A stretch of DNA of 64,000 nucleotides from Polyangiales bacterium (lineage in GTDB: Bacteria; Myxococcota_A; Polyangia; Polyangiales; Ga0077539), in the NCBI GenBank assembly GCA_044229975.1, contig JBGARZ010000016.1, positions 64,001 through 128,000 on the forward strand, given 5' to 3'. Below the pieces are notes generated by a model, which was not told where the DNA came from, ran no database searches, and saw nothing but the letters and a program-made list of their open reading frames with translations. Below, piece by piece: positions 55,601 through 64,000 of this stretch; within the stretch, counting starts at the first letter, position 1; the number at the start of each line of letters is the position of its first letter. A program made the position numbers and the translations under genes.

Positions 55601-58600
55601 CGGTGAGCCCCGTCACCACCGCGGGGAGCGAGTGGCGCGTCGTGGTGCCGTCGCCGAGCTCTCCCGCAGCGTTGTCCCCCCACGCGACGACGCGCCCACT
55701 GCCTTGCACTGCGAGGGCGAAGGTCCCGCCCACCGCGACGTCGAACACGTTCGCGACGCCTTCGACCGGGCCCGCCACGTGGTGCTCCGTCGCGGGCGCG
55801 CCGACGCCGTCTCCCTGGAGGTCGTAGCCGATGGTCCACAGCCGCCCGTCGCTCGCGAGCACGAAGCTCTCGGCAGGGCCCGCGGCGACCTTCTCTGCGA
55901 ACGAGATGCTCGCCCCCACGCAGCGCCCGGCGTAGCAGGCGTCGTTGCGCGTCAGCCCGTCGTGGTCGTCGCAGGTGGTCCCGTCCGCCTTGGCGATGCA
56001 GCGGCCGGTGCCCGGGTCGCAGGTGGCGCCGTGACACCCTCCCTCGGAGCACACCAGAGGGGCGCCCGCCACGCAGGCTCCGCCGATGCACGCGTCGCCG
56101 TGGGTGCACGCGTCCCCATCGTCGCAGGCTGCGCCGTCGAGCGCGCGCGTGTCCGCGGGGCAGGCGGAAGACACGCCGTCGCACACCTCCTCCGCGTCGC
56201 AGGCGCCCGCCGCGGGGCGGCAGGTGGTCGGACCCCCGCAGCGGCCGCTCGTCGACGTCACCGAGTAGCTCCAGGTCGCCTCCGCGCCGGGGTAGCTCGA
56301 CGCGCAGATGGTGGCCGTCCCCCATGTGCGCGCCGTACAGCTGCAACGCGAGCCCAGGCCGCAGGCGTCGTCGCTCTGGCATACGCAGTCGCCGTCCACG
56401 CGGAGCCACGGGTCGCCCGTAAACGAGTCGCAGGTGGAGATCGTGTAGGTCTGCCCCGCCTCGACCGTGAAGGTGTAGGTGGCGAGGCACTCGCCCAGGG
56501 TCGCCGCGGTGCCGCTGCCGGCGAGCCCGGACGGGCACTGCGCGGTCGGGATCAGACGATCGCTCGGGCAGAGCGGGTTCATCCCGTCGCACACCTCCGC
56601 CAGATCGCACGCGGCGGTCGCCGCTCGACACTCCGTCCCCGCTGGGAGGATCGACTCCACTAGGCACATCGCCCGCCCCTCGGAGCACGCCTGCCCGCCC
56701 TGGAAGCACCCGGCGGGGACGGTGCACGGGCCGCCCGGCTGCAGCTCGCAGCCGTCGCTCGGGTCGCCGTTGCAGTCGACCCAGCCCGCGTCGCAGCTCG
56801 CCACCCGGCACGCGCCCATCGCGCAGCCCGCGGTCGCGTGGGGGAGCGCGCATGCGCGGCCGCACAGCCCGCAGTGATCTGCTGTCGCGCGCAGGTCGGT
56901 CTCACACCCGTTGGCGGGCGCGCCGTCGCAGTCGCCGCGGCCGGGGTTGCAGAACGCTCCGCAGGTGGCCTCGCCGCACGCGCGGATCGCCTCGGCGCCG
57001 ACCGCGGGGCACACGCTCCCGCAGGCCCCGCAGTGGTCGGGGTTGGAGCGAAGGTCGACGCAGCGCCCGCCGCAGAGCGTGTCAGGCGTCGCGCACGCGG
57101 TGGCGCACGAGCCCATGGTGCAGTACCGACCGGCGCCGCAGGCGCGGCCGCAGTCGCCGCAGTTCGCCGGGTCGTGCTGCAGGTCGACGCAGCGCCCGCC
57201 GCAGGTACCCTGGTCCGGGCCGCAGGTGACCGCGCAGACGCCTTCGACGCACGCGTTGCCCGCGCCGCAGCGCACGCCGCAGCCACCGCAATTGCCGTTG
57301 TCGCGGAGCGGGACGGCGCAGTACGGCCCCGCGCCGAGGTCGCAGCGCACCGAGTCCGCCCCGCAAGCCACTCCGCACGCGCCGGCCGCGCAGAGCTGGC
57401 CCGCGGGGCACGCGCGGCCGCACGCGCCGCAGTGGTTGGGGTCGTTCTGCAGGTCGGCGCAGCGGGCGAGCGCGCCGGCGCCGCAGGTCGTGAGCCCGGC
57501 GCCGCATGCGCTCCCGCAGAGGCCCTCGCTGCACAGCTGGCCCGCGGGGCAGGCGTTGCCGCAGGTCCCGCAGTTCGCGGGGTCGTAGCGTGGGTCAACG
57601 CAGGCGGCGCCGCAGCGCACGGTGGGGGCGCCGCATGAGGTCGCGCACGCGCCGTTGGAGCACGCCTGGCCCGCGGGGCAGGCGTTGCCACAGCGGCCGC
57701 AGTTGGCGTTGTCCGTCGCGGCGTTGGCGCAGTACGCGCTGGGGCCGCGGCCGCAGGTCGTCATGCCGACGCCGCAGGTGGTGACGCACCCGCCCGCCGC
57801 GCACACCTGCCCCGGTGCGCACGCCGCCCCGCAGGCGCCGCAGTTGACGTTGTCGGACTGGAGGTTGGCGCAGGAGGCGACGCCACCGCGGGTGCAGGTC
57901 GTCAGGCCCGCGCCGCACGCCGCCTGGCACGTCCCGCGAGAGCACACGAGGGAGGACGAGCACGAGCGTCCGCAGGCGCCGCAGTGGTTGCGGTCGGCGC
58001 TGAGGTCGCGGCACGTGCCGTTGCACGAAGTCTCGCCCGCGCACCACGTCACGAAGGGCGTGACGTGCGTCTTGAAGGTGAGCGCCGCGCCGGGGACGTC
58101 CGCGTCACCGATCGTGTGCGCGCCGCCCGCGTAGGTGCTCAGCGGGTTGACGCCCGCGCTCACGGTGGCGGCGAGGTTGGTGCACTGCGCCGCCGTGGTA
58201 CACGCGACCGCGGGCGCGTTGCTGCATCGGCGCGTGCTGTTGGGGCACGTCCCCGTGGTCGTCGCGCCGGTCGCGGTGACGACGAAGCGGAGCCGACGGC
58301 CCGCGGTGATGGGAACACACGACGCGCCGAGGTCGAAGACCGCCCGCGCCCGTGCTGTGGAGGTGAGCGACGGGGGGAAGCGCGGGCATGACCCGTTGGT
58401 GACCGCGGTGTTCGGGAGCGTCGCGGTCGCGAGCGTCTGGTCGCGCTCGTCGAAGACCGTGAGCTGAACCATGGAGCCTGCGAGGAGCGCGCCCCCGCAG
58501 GTGGTGAGCGACACCTCGACGCCCGAGAGGAAGCCGGTGCGGCCCACGGTGAAGCGTTGCCCCGCGCCCGTCGCGAGCGTGAGGCCCACGCGCGCCGCGG

Positions 58601-59204
58601 TCGTCGCGGAGCTCACGAGCTCGGACTGGTCGATGACGGCTGTGGTGTTGGTCGCGGTACCGAGCGCGCACACGGCCGGGAGCGCGCAGGCCCCCGAGGT
58701 GCAAACGTCTCCCTCGGAGCAGACCCGGCCGCAGGCGCCGCAGTTGAACGGGTCGGACATGACGTCGCGACACGCGCCGCTCCCGCAGGCCGTGAGGTGC
58801 GACGCGCAGCTCGGCGCGCAGGCTCCGTCGGTGCACACCTCGCCGAGGCTGCATGCGTGGCCGCAACCGCCGCAGTGGACGGGGTCGGAGCGGAGGTCGT
58901 GGCATGAGCCGTCCGAGGCGCAGTGCGTGAGTCCGAGCCCGCAGGACCGCGCGCACGAGCCGCGGGAGCACACCTCCGTCGCCGAGCACGCGCGGTTGCA
59001 CGCGCCGCAGTGAGCCCGGTCGGACGTGAGGTCGCGGCAGACGTCCGTGCAGGTGAGCGACGGGAGCGCGCACCCGCCCGTAATGGGCTGGCGGCTCGAC
59101 GCGGAGGGCGTCGCGGCGGGGTCGTCACCCTGACAGCTCGCGGCGAGCGCGGCGACAAGCCAGAGGGAAAGGGCGACGAAGGCTCGGGGAGGTTGCGTGC
59201 GCAT
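52683..59204 (-). CDS. Giant multidomain lipoprotein: Cys-rich repeats, disintegrin-like motifs, RCC1 repeats, PQQ-like propeller, C-terminal CxxCH heme-c domain
   Basis: Lipobox LAASC; DxxNCGxC repeats; WGxNxxGQLG repeats; [54 protein letters not shown]. Confidence 0.85.
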   Translation of the reverse strand: MRTQPPRAFVALSLWLVAALAASCQGDDPAATPSASSRQPITGGCALPSLTCTDVCRDLTSDRAHCGACNRACSATEVCSRGSCARSCGLGLTHCASDGSCHDLRSDPVHCGGCGHACSLGEVCTDGACAPSCASHLTACGSGACRDVMSDPFNCGACGRVCSEGDVCTSGACALPAVCALGTATNTTAVIDQSELVSSATTAARVGLTLATGAGQRFTVGRTGFLSGVEVSLTTCGGALLAGSMVQLTVFDERDQTLATATLPNTAVTNGSCPRFPPSLTSTARARAVFDLGASCVPITAGRRLRFVVTATGATTTGTCPNSTRRCSNAPAVACTTAAQCTNLAATVSAGVNPLSTYAGGAHTIGDADVPGAALTFKTHVTPFVTWCAGETSCNGTCRDLSADRNHCGACGRSCSSSLVCSRGTCQAACGAGLTTCTRGGVASCANLQSDNVNCGACGAACAPGQVCAAGGCVTTCGVGMTTCGRGPSAYCANAATDNANCGRCGNACPAGQACSNGACATSCGAPTVRCGAACVDPRYDPANCGTCGNACPAGQLCSEGLCGSACGAGLTTCGAGALARCADLQNDPNHCGACGRACPAGQLCAAGACGVACGADSVRCDLGAGPYCAVPLRDNGNCGGCGVRCGAGNACVEGVCAVTCGPDQGTCGGRCVDLQHDPANCGDCGRACGAGRYCTMGSCATACATPDTLCGGRCVDLRSNPDHCGACGSVCPAVGAEAIRACGEATCGAFCNPGRGDCDGAPANGCETDLRATADHCGLCGRACALPHATAGCAMGACRVASCDAGWVDCNGDPSDGCELQPGGPCTVPAGCFQGGQACSEGRAMCLVESILPAGTECRAATAACDLAEVCDGMNPLCPSDRLIPTAQCPSGLAGSGTAATLGECLATYTFTVEAGQTYTISTCDSFTGDPWLRVDGDCVCQSDDACGLGSRCSCTARTWGTATICASSYPGAEATWSYSVTSTSGRCGGPTTCRPAAGACDAEEVCDGVSSACPADTRALDGAACDDGDACTHGDACIGGACVAGAPLVCSEGGCHGATCDPGTGRCIAKADGTTCDDHDGLTRNDACYAGRCVGASISFAEKVAAGPAESFVLASDGRLWTIGYDLQGDGVGAPATEHHVAGPVEGVANVFDVAVGGTFALAVQGSGRVVAWGDNAAGELGDGTTTRHSLPAVVTGLTDAVRIAAGGAHALAVTQTGELFSWGSDAHGQLGQVERGTRLTPARVPGPGVVRAVAAGGAHSLALDDNGAVWAWGDNDSGQLGDGTTTERATPAMVGGLPVIASIVAGGRYSLARGSDGSVWAWGSNAAGQLGDGSTVDRLTPRRIMTLTGVTAIAAGDAHSLARRADGTLWGWGEGGSGQLVLEPITGRTGSAPHPTPAQIGGLSAVVAIAAGGAHSLATTADGRVWSFGANDFGQLGDDTVAESRAQVEPVVGFGRYAVNVLTQRNDTLRTGANLRETALTVANVSPSTFGRLGALPVQGAVIAQPLYVQGAIGGRDVVYVATLNNRVYAFDAEDRRLYWSRSDLGAPVDRRRYYWCGDLEDNVGIVSTPVIDLSRRTMYFTVKSVPGSADATPQPNPEYHLHAVDLVTGVERPGSPVRIEASVAGNARIATRTDVSAPDDPWFTDPRASTGNVMGRVVFDATYQLQRPALLLQDGQVHITFGGHCDLTPYHGWLISYDAGTLAQTGAMVTTPSGSPSPRLSAGTICWNHVPVGPGNATGSLNNCIVDAYGQGGGIWQYGNGPASTGSGDLYFAMGNSMGVLDRMDFLASFEGGPASSSTSFSNAVLRVGRRAGGSLAVQSWFQPYEYPELDDSDGDLGSAGPMLIPGSDRLLVGGKGGVLYLLRRDALGGLSTDNAGAVSTYPPTGVGGVGALFAGPAWWTPPFGPSRFYLWTSDHHLRAYTIAGDTIQLAEEDPSANFGVNRSTLSISSNGALLHTGVLWAFVPSCAGRTGLLAYDAANLGAGPIYSSAVHLSDQLTVPNPAPGVLRSPPITVAGGRVYVGTQANEVAVYGLLPTPRASNSTPPASACTSSCPPHAGAYTGPGPTWTDIYTRYLGPGTEGRCQSCHLHTHGGFGSTAESLYVALHNRGWITPANPSASPIISPSASILRWVNPTSGRMPQETPRPPLLCNAAAVDALNRWVAAGALGP

Positions 59205-59230
59205 GAGGGACTTCTCCACGCAGGCCGCTC

Positions 59231-59246
59231 AGCACCGGGCGTGCCG
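59231..59246 (-). promoter_or_regulatory. Sigma54 promoter candidate for the giant lipoprotein
   Basis: Minus strand CGGCACGCCCGGTGCT (GG-N10-GC), just upstream of the GGAG RBS. Confidence 0.6.
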
Positions 59247-59303
59247 CTATGGCCGCATCGTGCAGGCCGCGTTGCCCACGAGCCGGTTCGACATCCACGC
59301 CAC

Positions 59304-59321
59304 GCAGCGTTGCAGCGCTGC
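59304..59321. promoter_or_regulatory. Near-perfect palindrome, candidate activator-binding site
   Basis: GCAGCGTTGCAGCGCTGC, roughly midway between the two divergent sigma54 motifs. Confidence 0.4.
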
Positions 59322-59367
59322 TACGGTCCGGGGCGCCTACGCCCCTCACATCGTCGGGAAAGCCACG

Positions 59368-59383
59368 CGGCACGGCGGCTGCT
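59368..59383 (+). promoter_or_regulatory. Sigma54 promoter candidate for the downstream lipoprotein
   Basis: CGGCACGGCGGCTGCT (GG-N10-GC), 49 bp before ATG 59433. Confidence 0.65.
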
Positions 59384-59432
59384 GTCCGCCTCTGGTCACG
59401 AGCGCATCAGTGCGCTCAGGAGAGCTGAGGCG

Positions 59433-60266
59433 ATGAAGATCACGAAGGATGGACTCGGTGTGTTCGGGGTGTTGGCCGTGACGTGCGCGCTCGGCTGCGG
59501 CGGGAGCGACAGCGCCCCCCCGAGGCCGGGGGACGGCGGGGTGAGCGGCGACACCGGCGGTGGCGCCCTGACGCCGACCGCGAACATCGGCACGATCTGC
59601 AGCCGTTCGCGGAGCCAGGGCTGCACCACGTCGAGCACCTGCGAGGCTGAGCTGTCCGCGACGCTCTCCGGCGCACCCGCGGCGTGCCGGACGCTGATCG
59701 AGGGGTACCTCTCTTGCGCGGCTCGCTCGCAGGGGAGCACCTGCGAGATGATCAGCGGCGGGGTCTTCGCGGGCTGTCAGTCCATGATGGCCCCGATCGA
59801 GAGCTGCACCGCGAGCAACAGCGGCGATGCCGCGACGGCGCCGACCCTCCCGACCCCGAGCGAGCTGATGGCTCCCACGGACGTCGCGCTCTCGTTCGAG
59901 CGCGCGGGGATGACCACGCAGACGACCGAGGGCACCGCCTACTTCGGAACGCCGCCCGTCGGCGCGCCGGCCGGGGGGCAGCAGTTCGTGTTCACGTCGG
60001 AAGCCTTCCCCAGTGGCAGCAGCCGCGCCAACTGTACGGTGGGCTTCTCGTTCGCCAGCGGGCAGTACACCTTCAACAACGACGCTGTTCTGACGCAGCC
60101 GTGTGAGATCCGTGCCTTCGACGACACCGTGAGCACGCTGACGTTCACCGGCGCGCGTTTGAGCCTCGCGCCGGCGGGCAATGTGCTCGTGCGCCTGGAG
60201 GCGACACTCTCGGGGGCCCTCGGGGCCGGTCCAGTCACGGTGCAGGTGACCTACTCCCCCCGGTGA
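59433..60266 (+). CDS. Hypothetical lipoprotein
   Basis: GGAG/GAGG RBS; lipobox ALGC; Cys-rich helical N-terminal part and beta-rich C-terminal part. Confidence 0.78.
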   Translation: MKITKDGLGVFGVLAVTCALGCGGSDSAPPRPGDGGVSGDTGGGALTPTANIGTICSRSRSQGCTTSSTCEAELSATLSGAPAACRTLIEGYLSCAARSQGSTCEMISGGVFAGCQSMMAPIESCTASNSGDAATAPTLPTPSELMAPTDVALSFERAGMTTQTTEGTAYFGTPPVGAPAGGQQFVFTSEAFPSGSSRANCTVGFSFASGQYTFNNDAVLTQPCEIRAFDDTVSTLTFTGARLSLAPAGNVLVRLEATLSGALGAGPVTVQVTYSPR

Positions 60267-60410
60267 CCGGCGTCCGCCCCTCCCATCGACGCGGCCGCGG
60301 CGCCCGACGACCGTAACAACGATGTCTCGCTGCGTGGCGTGGGCGCGACACTCTTGCGGAAGAATTGGCCACGATGACAGACTATCGCTCGCCGCCGCCA
60401 CGGCGGAACG

Positions 60411-61832
60411 ATGAGCGAGATCGCTTCTCCACAAGCACCACCATCGGGGCGCCTCTCCACACTCGTGGCAGAGCGCTATGAGATCGTTCGCGAACTCGGG
60501 CGCGGGGGCATGGGCTCGGTGTACGAAGCCCGCCACACTTGGACGGGGCGCAAGGTGGCGCTCAAGACCCTCCTCACACACCTCGCGAGCGAGCCGAGCG
60601 CAGTGGAGCGCTTCCGGCGCGAGGCGCGCGCGGGGGTGGTGGGCGCCCATCCCAACATCGCCGAGGTGCTCGACATGGGCGTCGACCCCCGCGACGGCAC
60701 CCTGTACCTCGCGCTCGAACTGCTCGATGGCGAAGACCTTGCGCGTCGCCTCGGGCGCGACCGCTCGCTGACACCCCATGAGGCCCTTGCGCTGCTGGTG
60801 CCTGCCATGATTGCGCTCGACGCGGCCCATCGCGCGGGGGTGATCCACCGCGACATCAAACCCAGCAACCTCTTCGTGGCCCGCAGCGCCGACGGGTCGT
60901 CCCGGCTGAAGGTCATCGACTTCGGCATCGCCAACCTCGCCGACGCCGCCCCGCTGACCCGCTCTGGCGCCCCCATGGGCACCCCGCAGTACATGGCCCC
61001 CGAACAGGCGCGCGGCGAGAGCGACCTCGACGCGCGCGCGGACGTCTGGTCGATGGGCGTGGTCTGCTTCGAGGTGCTCGCGGGCCGTCGCCCCTTCGAG
61101 GGCGCGCGCTACCACGACGTCCTGGTGCAGGTGCTCACCGCGCGCCCACCGTCGCTACGGAGCGTGTCGCCGCACCTCGACAGCGACCTCTGCGCCGTCG
61201 TCGATCGCGCGCTCGAACCCGAGCGCGGGCGTCGCACCCCGACGATGGCCGCGATGGCCGCGGCACTTGCTGCACTCCCCGCGTTCGCGGCCGAGCCCTG
61301 GGCCGTCGCCCTCCGACCCACGGCGGCGCCGCAGCCCGATGCCACCGCGGCGGTCGCGGCGCAGGAGGGGCCGGTCACGCTGGAGCTGCAACCTGACGAG
61401 GCTGTCGTGGGCTCCGCGTCCGACGCGAGCCTGCCCCCGTCGTGGGCGCCCGCGACCCCCTCCGTGACCCCGCCCACGACCGCCCGTCGTCGCGGTTGGC
61501 GCTGGGCTGTCGTCGTCGCGTTCGGGCTCTCGCTGGCCGTCGGCTTCTCGCTCCAGGCGGCGCGAAGTCGGAGCGACGGGCCCGCGCGCCCGCCCCGGCG
61601 TCTCGTCGCGTCTGCGCCTCCGGTCGCGCCGCGCACCCGACCCCCATCCCAACCCCTGCCGCCCCTGCCCCCTGCCTCGCTGCCCGCGTCCCGCCCGCCC
61701 GTCGCCGCCGCGCCGCCGCCGACCCGGCTCGGGCTCCCTTCTGACCCTCGGCGAGCCGTGGTGCGGCGGGCCGTGCGCGTGGAGCGGGAGCCGGAGGCGC
61801 CCGTCAATGGTGCGCCGGTGCTCGATCCGTGA
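60411..61832 (+). CDS. Membrane Ser/Thr protein kinase with Pro-rich extracytoplasmic tail
   Basis: GRGGMGSVY, VALK, HRDIKPSN, DFG, GTPQYMAPE; TM; ends NGAPVLDP. Confidence 0.93.
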   Translation: MSEIASPQAPPSGRLSTLVAERYEIVRELGRGGMGSVYEARHTWTGRKVALKTLLTHLASEPSAVERFRREARAGVVGAHPNIAEVLDMGVDPRDGTLYLALELLDGEDLARRLGRDRSLTPHEALALLVPAMIALDAAHRAGVIHRDIKPSNLFVARSADGSSRLKVIDFGIANLADAAPLTRSGAPMGTPQYMAPEQARGESDLDARADVWSMGVVCFEVLAGRRPFEGARYHDVLVQVLTARPPSLRSVSPHLDSDLCAVVDRALEPERGRRTPTMAAMAAALAALPAFAAEPWAVALRPTAAPQPDATAAVAAQEGPVTLELQPDEAVVGSASDASLPPSWAPATPSVTPPTTARRRGWRWAVVVAFGLSLAVGFSLQAARSRSDGPARPPRRLVASAPPVAPRTRPPSQPLPPLPPASLPASRPPVAAAPPPTRLGLPSDPRRAVVRRAVRVEREPEAPVNGAPVLDP

Positions 61833-62842
61833 GGGGCGCGTGGGCGTTGGCGTGCCTTCTCGCGTCGGGCACCCTCGGGGCGCAGCCGCTGCCAGGAGAC
61901 GCGTTGGAGGCGCGCCTGCGACGCGGGGTGGAGCTTCGGCGGGCCGGACAGGACGAGGCGGCATTCGCGGAGTTCGAGGCCGCCCACGCGCTCCGGGCCG
62001 AGCCGCGCACGGCCGCCCAGCTCGCTCTGGTGTGCCAGGCCACGGGGCGTTGGATTCGGGCCGAGGTGCTGCTCCGGGAGGCGCTCGCGGCGCCCGACGA
62101 CGGGTGGGTGCGGCGCAACCGCGTGGCTCTCCAGGGAGCGCTCGCGGTGGCCGAGCGACACCTCGCCACCCTGGAAGTCGTGGGTGGAGCCGTCGAGCAG
62201 GAGGCTCACGCGCAGGTGCGCCTCAACGACGAGGCCGTGGGGACGCTCCCACTCCCGGGGCCCGTGCGGGTGCTTGCTGGAGCGACGGCCCTGGAGGTGC
62301 GGGCCGAGGGCTTCGTCCCCTTCGTGCGGCGCTTCGAGATCGCGCCCGGCGAGCGGGTTCGCGAGCGCGTGAGCCTCGTGCCGTGGCGGCCGGTCACGCC
62401 AGAGCCCCCGAGGGTGCCAGTCGAACCCGTCCCGTCGGTGCCTCCGCCCTCTCTCGCGCCGCCCGTCATGCGCGTGGCGCCCCCGGTCGTCTCCTCGCGA
62501 GGGGAGCCGTCGTCCCTCGCGCCGTGGGGCGGTCTCGCGCTCGGGAGCTTCATCGGGGCGGGCCTGGTTCTCGGGGTCGGAGCGGCAGCGCTCGTCGTGC
62601 GGGAGGAGGCGGTGGCGTCCTTCAACCGTGAGTGCGAGCGAGGTGCGACGGCGGGAGATTGCGGCTCCTGGCGAGACCGGACGGCCTTCAGCGGGGGCGT
62701 CGCAGTGACCGCGCTGCCCGTGGGGCTGATCCTGTCAGCGGCGGGGACATACTTCATGGTGCGGCGTGCTCGGCAGGTGTCGGCCGTCCGCGTCGCCGTC
62801 ACCGGGCGCGCGTTCGTGGTCCAGTGTGCCTGGCGCTTCTGA
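61829..62842 (+). CDS. Exported TPR + PEGA-like protein
   Basis: GTGA-coupled to the kinase; signal peptide; TPR helices; LEVRAEGF PEGA-like motif; Gly-rich helices; terminal WRF. Confidence 0.82.
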   Translation: MRGAWALACLLASGTLGAQPLPGDALEARLRRGVELRRAGQDEAAFAEFEAAHALRAEPRTAAQLALVCQATGRWIRAEVLLREALAAPDDGWVRRNRVALQGALAVAERHLATLEVVGGAVEQEAHAQVRLNDEAVGTLPLPGPVRVLAGATALEVRAEGFVPFVRRFEIAPGERVRERVSLVPWRPVTPEPPRVPVEPVPSVPPPSLAPPVMRVAPPVVSSRGEPSSLAPWGGLALGSFIGAGLVLGVGAAALVVREEAVASFNRECERGATAGDCGSWRDRTAFSGGVAVTALPVGLILSAAGTYFMVRRARQVSAVRVAVTGRAFVVQCAWRF

Positions 62843-62855
62843 TACCGTCGCGCGG

Positions 62856-64000
62856 GTGGACGCCCCGGAGACCAGGCTCAATCCCGACCGCGTCACATCT
62901 CGGCACGTCCGTCGCTTCGTGGTCCGTGTGGTGGCCGGGCCCGACGAAGGAGCCGAGCGACAGTCTGATGGCACCCGCCTATCCATCGGATCCGCCGAAG
63001 ACGCCACCCTGCGACTCAGTGACCCGTATGTGAGCCGTTATCACATCGAGGTCGAGGCCACCGACGAGGGCGTCACCGTGCGCGACCTCGGCAGCCGAAA
63101 CGGCACCCGGGCGGGCGCGCTGCAGGTGCGCGAGGCGAGCCTGCGTGGCGAGGTGGAGTTCGCGCTCGGGCGCACGCGCGTCCTCGTGGTGCCGGGCGGC
63201 GACGCGGTGGAGGTTCCGCTGAGCGCGCGCGGGGCCTTCGGGCGCCTCGTGGGCGCCTCGCGGCCCATGCGAGAGGTGTACGCGACGCTGGAGCGCGCGG
63301 CCTGCACGACGGTGCCGGTGCTCCTCGGCGGCGAGTCAGGCACGGGCAAGGAGCTCGCGGCCCGGTCGCTGCACGAGGCGTCGTTGCGCCGCGACGAGGC
63401 CTTCGAGGTCATCGACTGCGGCGCCCTCCCGCCGACCCTCATCGAGGCCGAGCTCTTCGGCTACGAGCGCGGGGCCTTCACGGGCGCCCGCGACGCCCAC
63501 CCGGGCGCCTTCGAGCGGGCCGACAAGGGCACGGTCTTCCTCGATGAGCTCGGCGAGCTCCCCCTCGACCTGCAGCCCAAGCTGCTGCGCGTGCTGAGCG
63601 AGGGCGAGGTGCGCCGCCTGGGCGCCACCAAGGCCCGCAAGGTTGACGTGCGCGTGGTGGCCGCGACCAACCGCGACCTGCGCCGGGAGGTCAACGACAA
63701 GCGCTTTCGCCTCGACCTGTACTACCGCCTGGCCGTCGTGCGGGTGCAGATGCCCTCGCTGCGCGAGCGCCTCGACGACCTCCCGGCGCTGGTCGAGCAC
63801 CTCGCCGCCGCGGTCGTGCGCGAGCGGGGCGTGGCCGTGGAGGGCGCCTTCGACGAGGCCTTCTGGGGGGCCGCGCGGCAGCACCACTGGCCCGGCAACG
63901 TGCGTGAGCTTCGCAACTACATCGAGCAGTGGCTGGTGCTGCGCGTGGCCGCCCCGCTGGAGGCCACCGGCGAGGGCGCCGAGAGTTCGCCGCTCGGTGA
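62856..64000 (+). CDS. FHA-domain sigma54-dependent activator (3'-truncated by window edge; absent from ORF track)
   Basis: Translated by hand from GTG 62856: [16 protein letters not shown] (FHA), [29 protein letters not shown]. Confidence 0.93.
   Translation, partial: MDAPETRLNPDRVTSRHVRRFVVRVVAGPDEGAERQSDGTRLSIGSAEDATLRLSDPYVSRYHIEVEATDEGVTVRDLGSRNGTRAGALQVREASLRGEVEFALGRTRVLVVPGGDAVEVPLSARGAFGRLVGASRPMREVYATLERAACTTVPVLLGGESGTGKELAARSLHEASLRRDEAFEVIDCGALPPTLIEAELFGYERGAFTGARDAHPGAFERADKGTVFLDELGELPLDLQPKLLRVLSEGEVRRLGATKARKVDVRVVAATNRDLRREVNDKRFRLDLYYRLAVVRVQMPSLRERLDDLPALVEHLAAAVVRERGVAVEGAFDEAFWGAARQHHWPGNVRELRNYIEQWLVLRVAAPLEATGEGAESSPLG

Noticed and set aside
60338..60360. Sigma54-like motif before the 60411 kinase
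   Set aside because: The GG-to-GC spacing is not the required 10 nt.

Overview
Very GC-rich bacterial DNA with the gene repertoire of Myxococcota, probably Polyangia-like (taxonomy is inferred, not verified). The window holds about 42 genes. Few are housekeeping: recR, a YbaB/EbfC protein, an ArsC/Spx-like protein, a RIO1-type kinase, an MrfA/YprA-type DUF1998 helicase and two PLP enzymes. The rest are dominated by six Hanks-type Ser/Thr kinases, two FHA-sigma54 activators, two TPR/PEGA-like proteins and many predicted lipoproteins with cysteine-rich stalks, RCC1 or propeller domains and acidic (V/I)DVP linkers. I found no rRNA, tRNA, CRISPR array or classical transposase/integrase. Highlights: (1) a PD-(D/E)XK Rpn-like gene bracketed by an 88-bp duplication of the aminotransferase 3' end, with a candidate leaderless promoter and a candidate nested internal start; (2) two copies of a kinase + TPR/PEGA + FHA-sigma54 activator module, each next to exported-protein genes with readable -24/-12 promoters; (3) a ~2170-aa lipoprotein ending in a PQQ-like propeller plus a CxxCH heme motif; (4) a decarboxylase that seems to start at CTG in a CTGA overlap; (5) several palindromic or inverted-repeat intergenic elements. 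All domain calls come from motif recognition by eye and no database searches were run.
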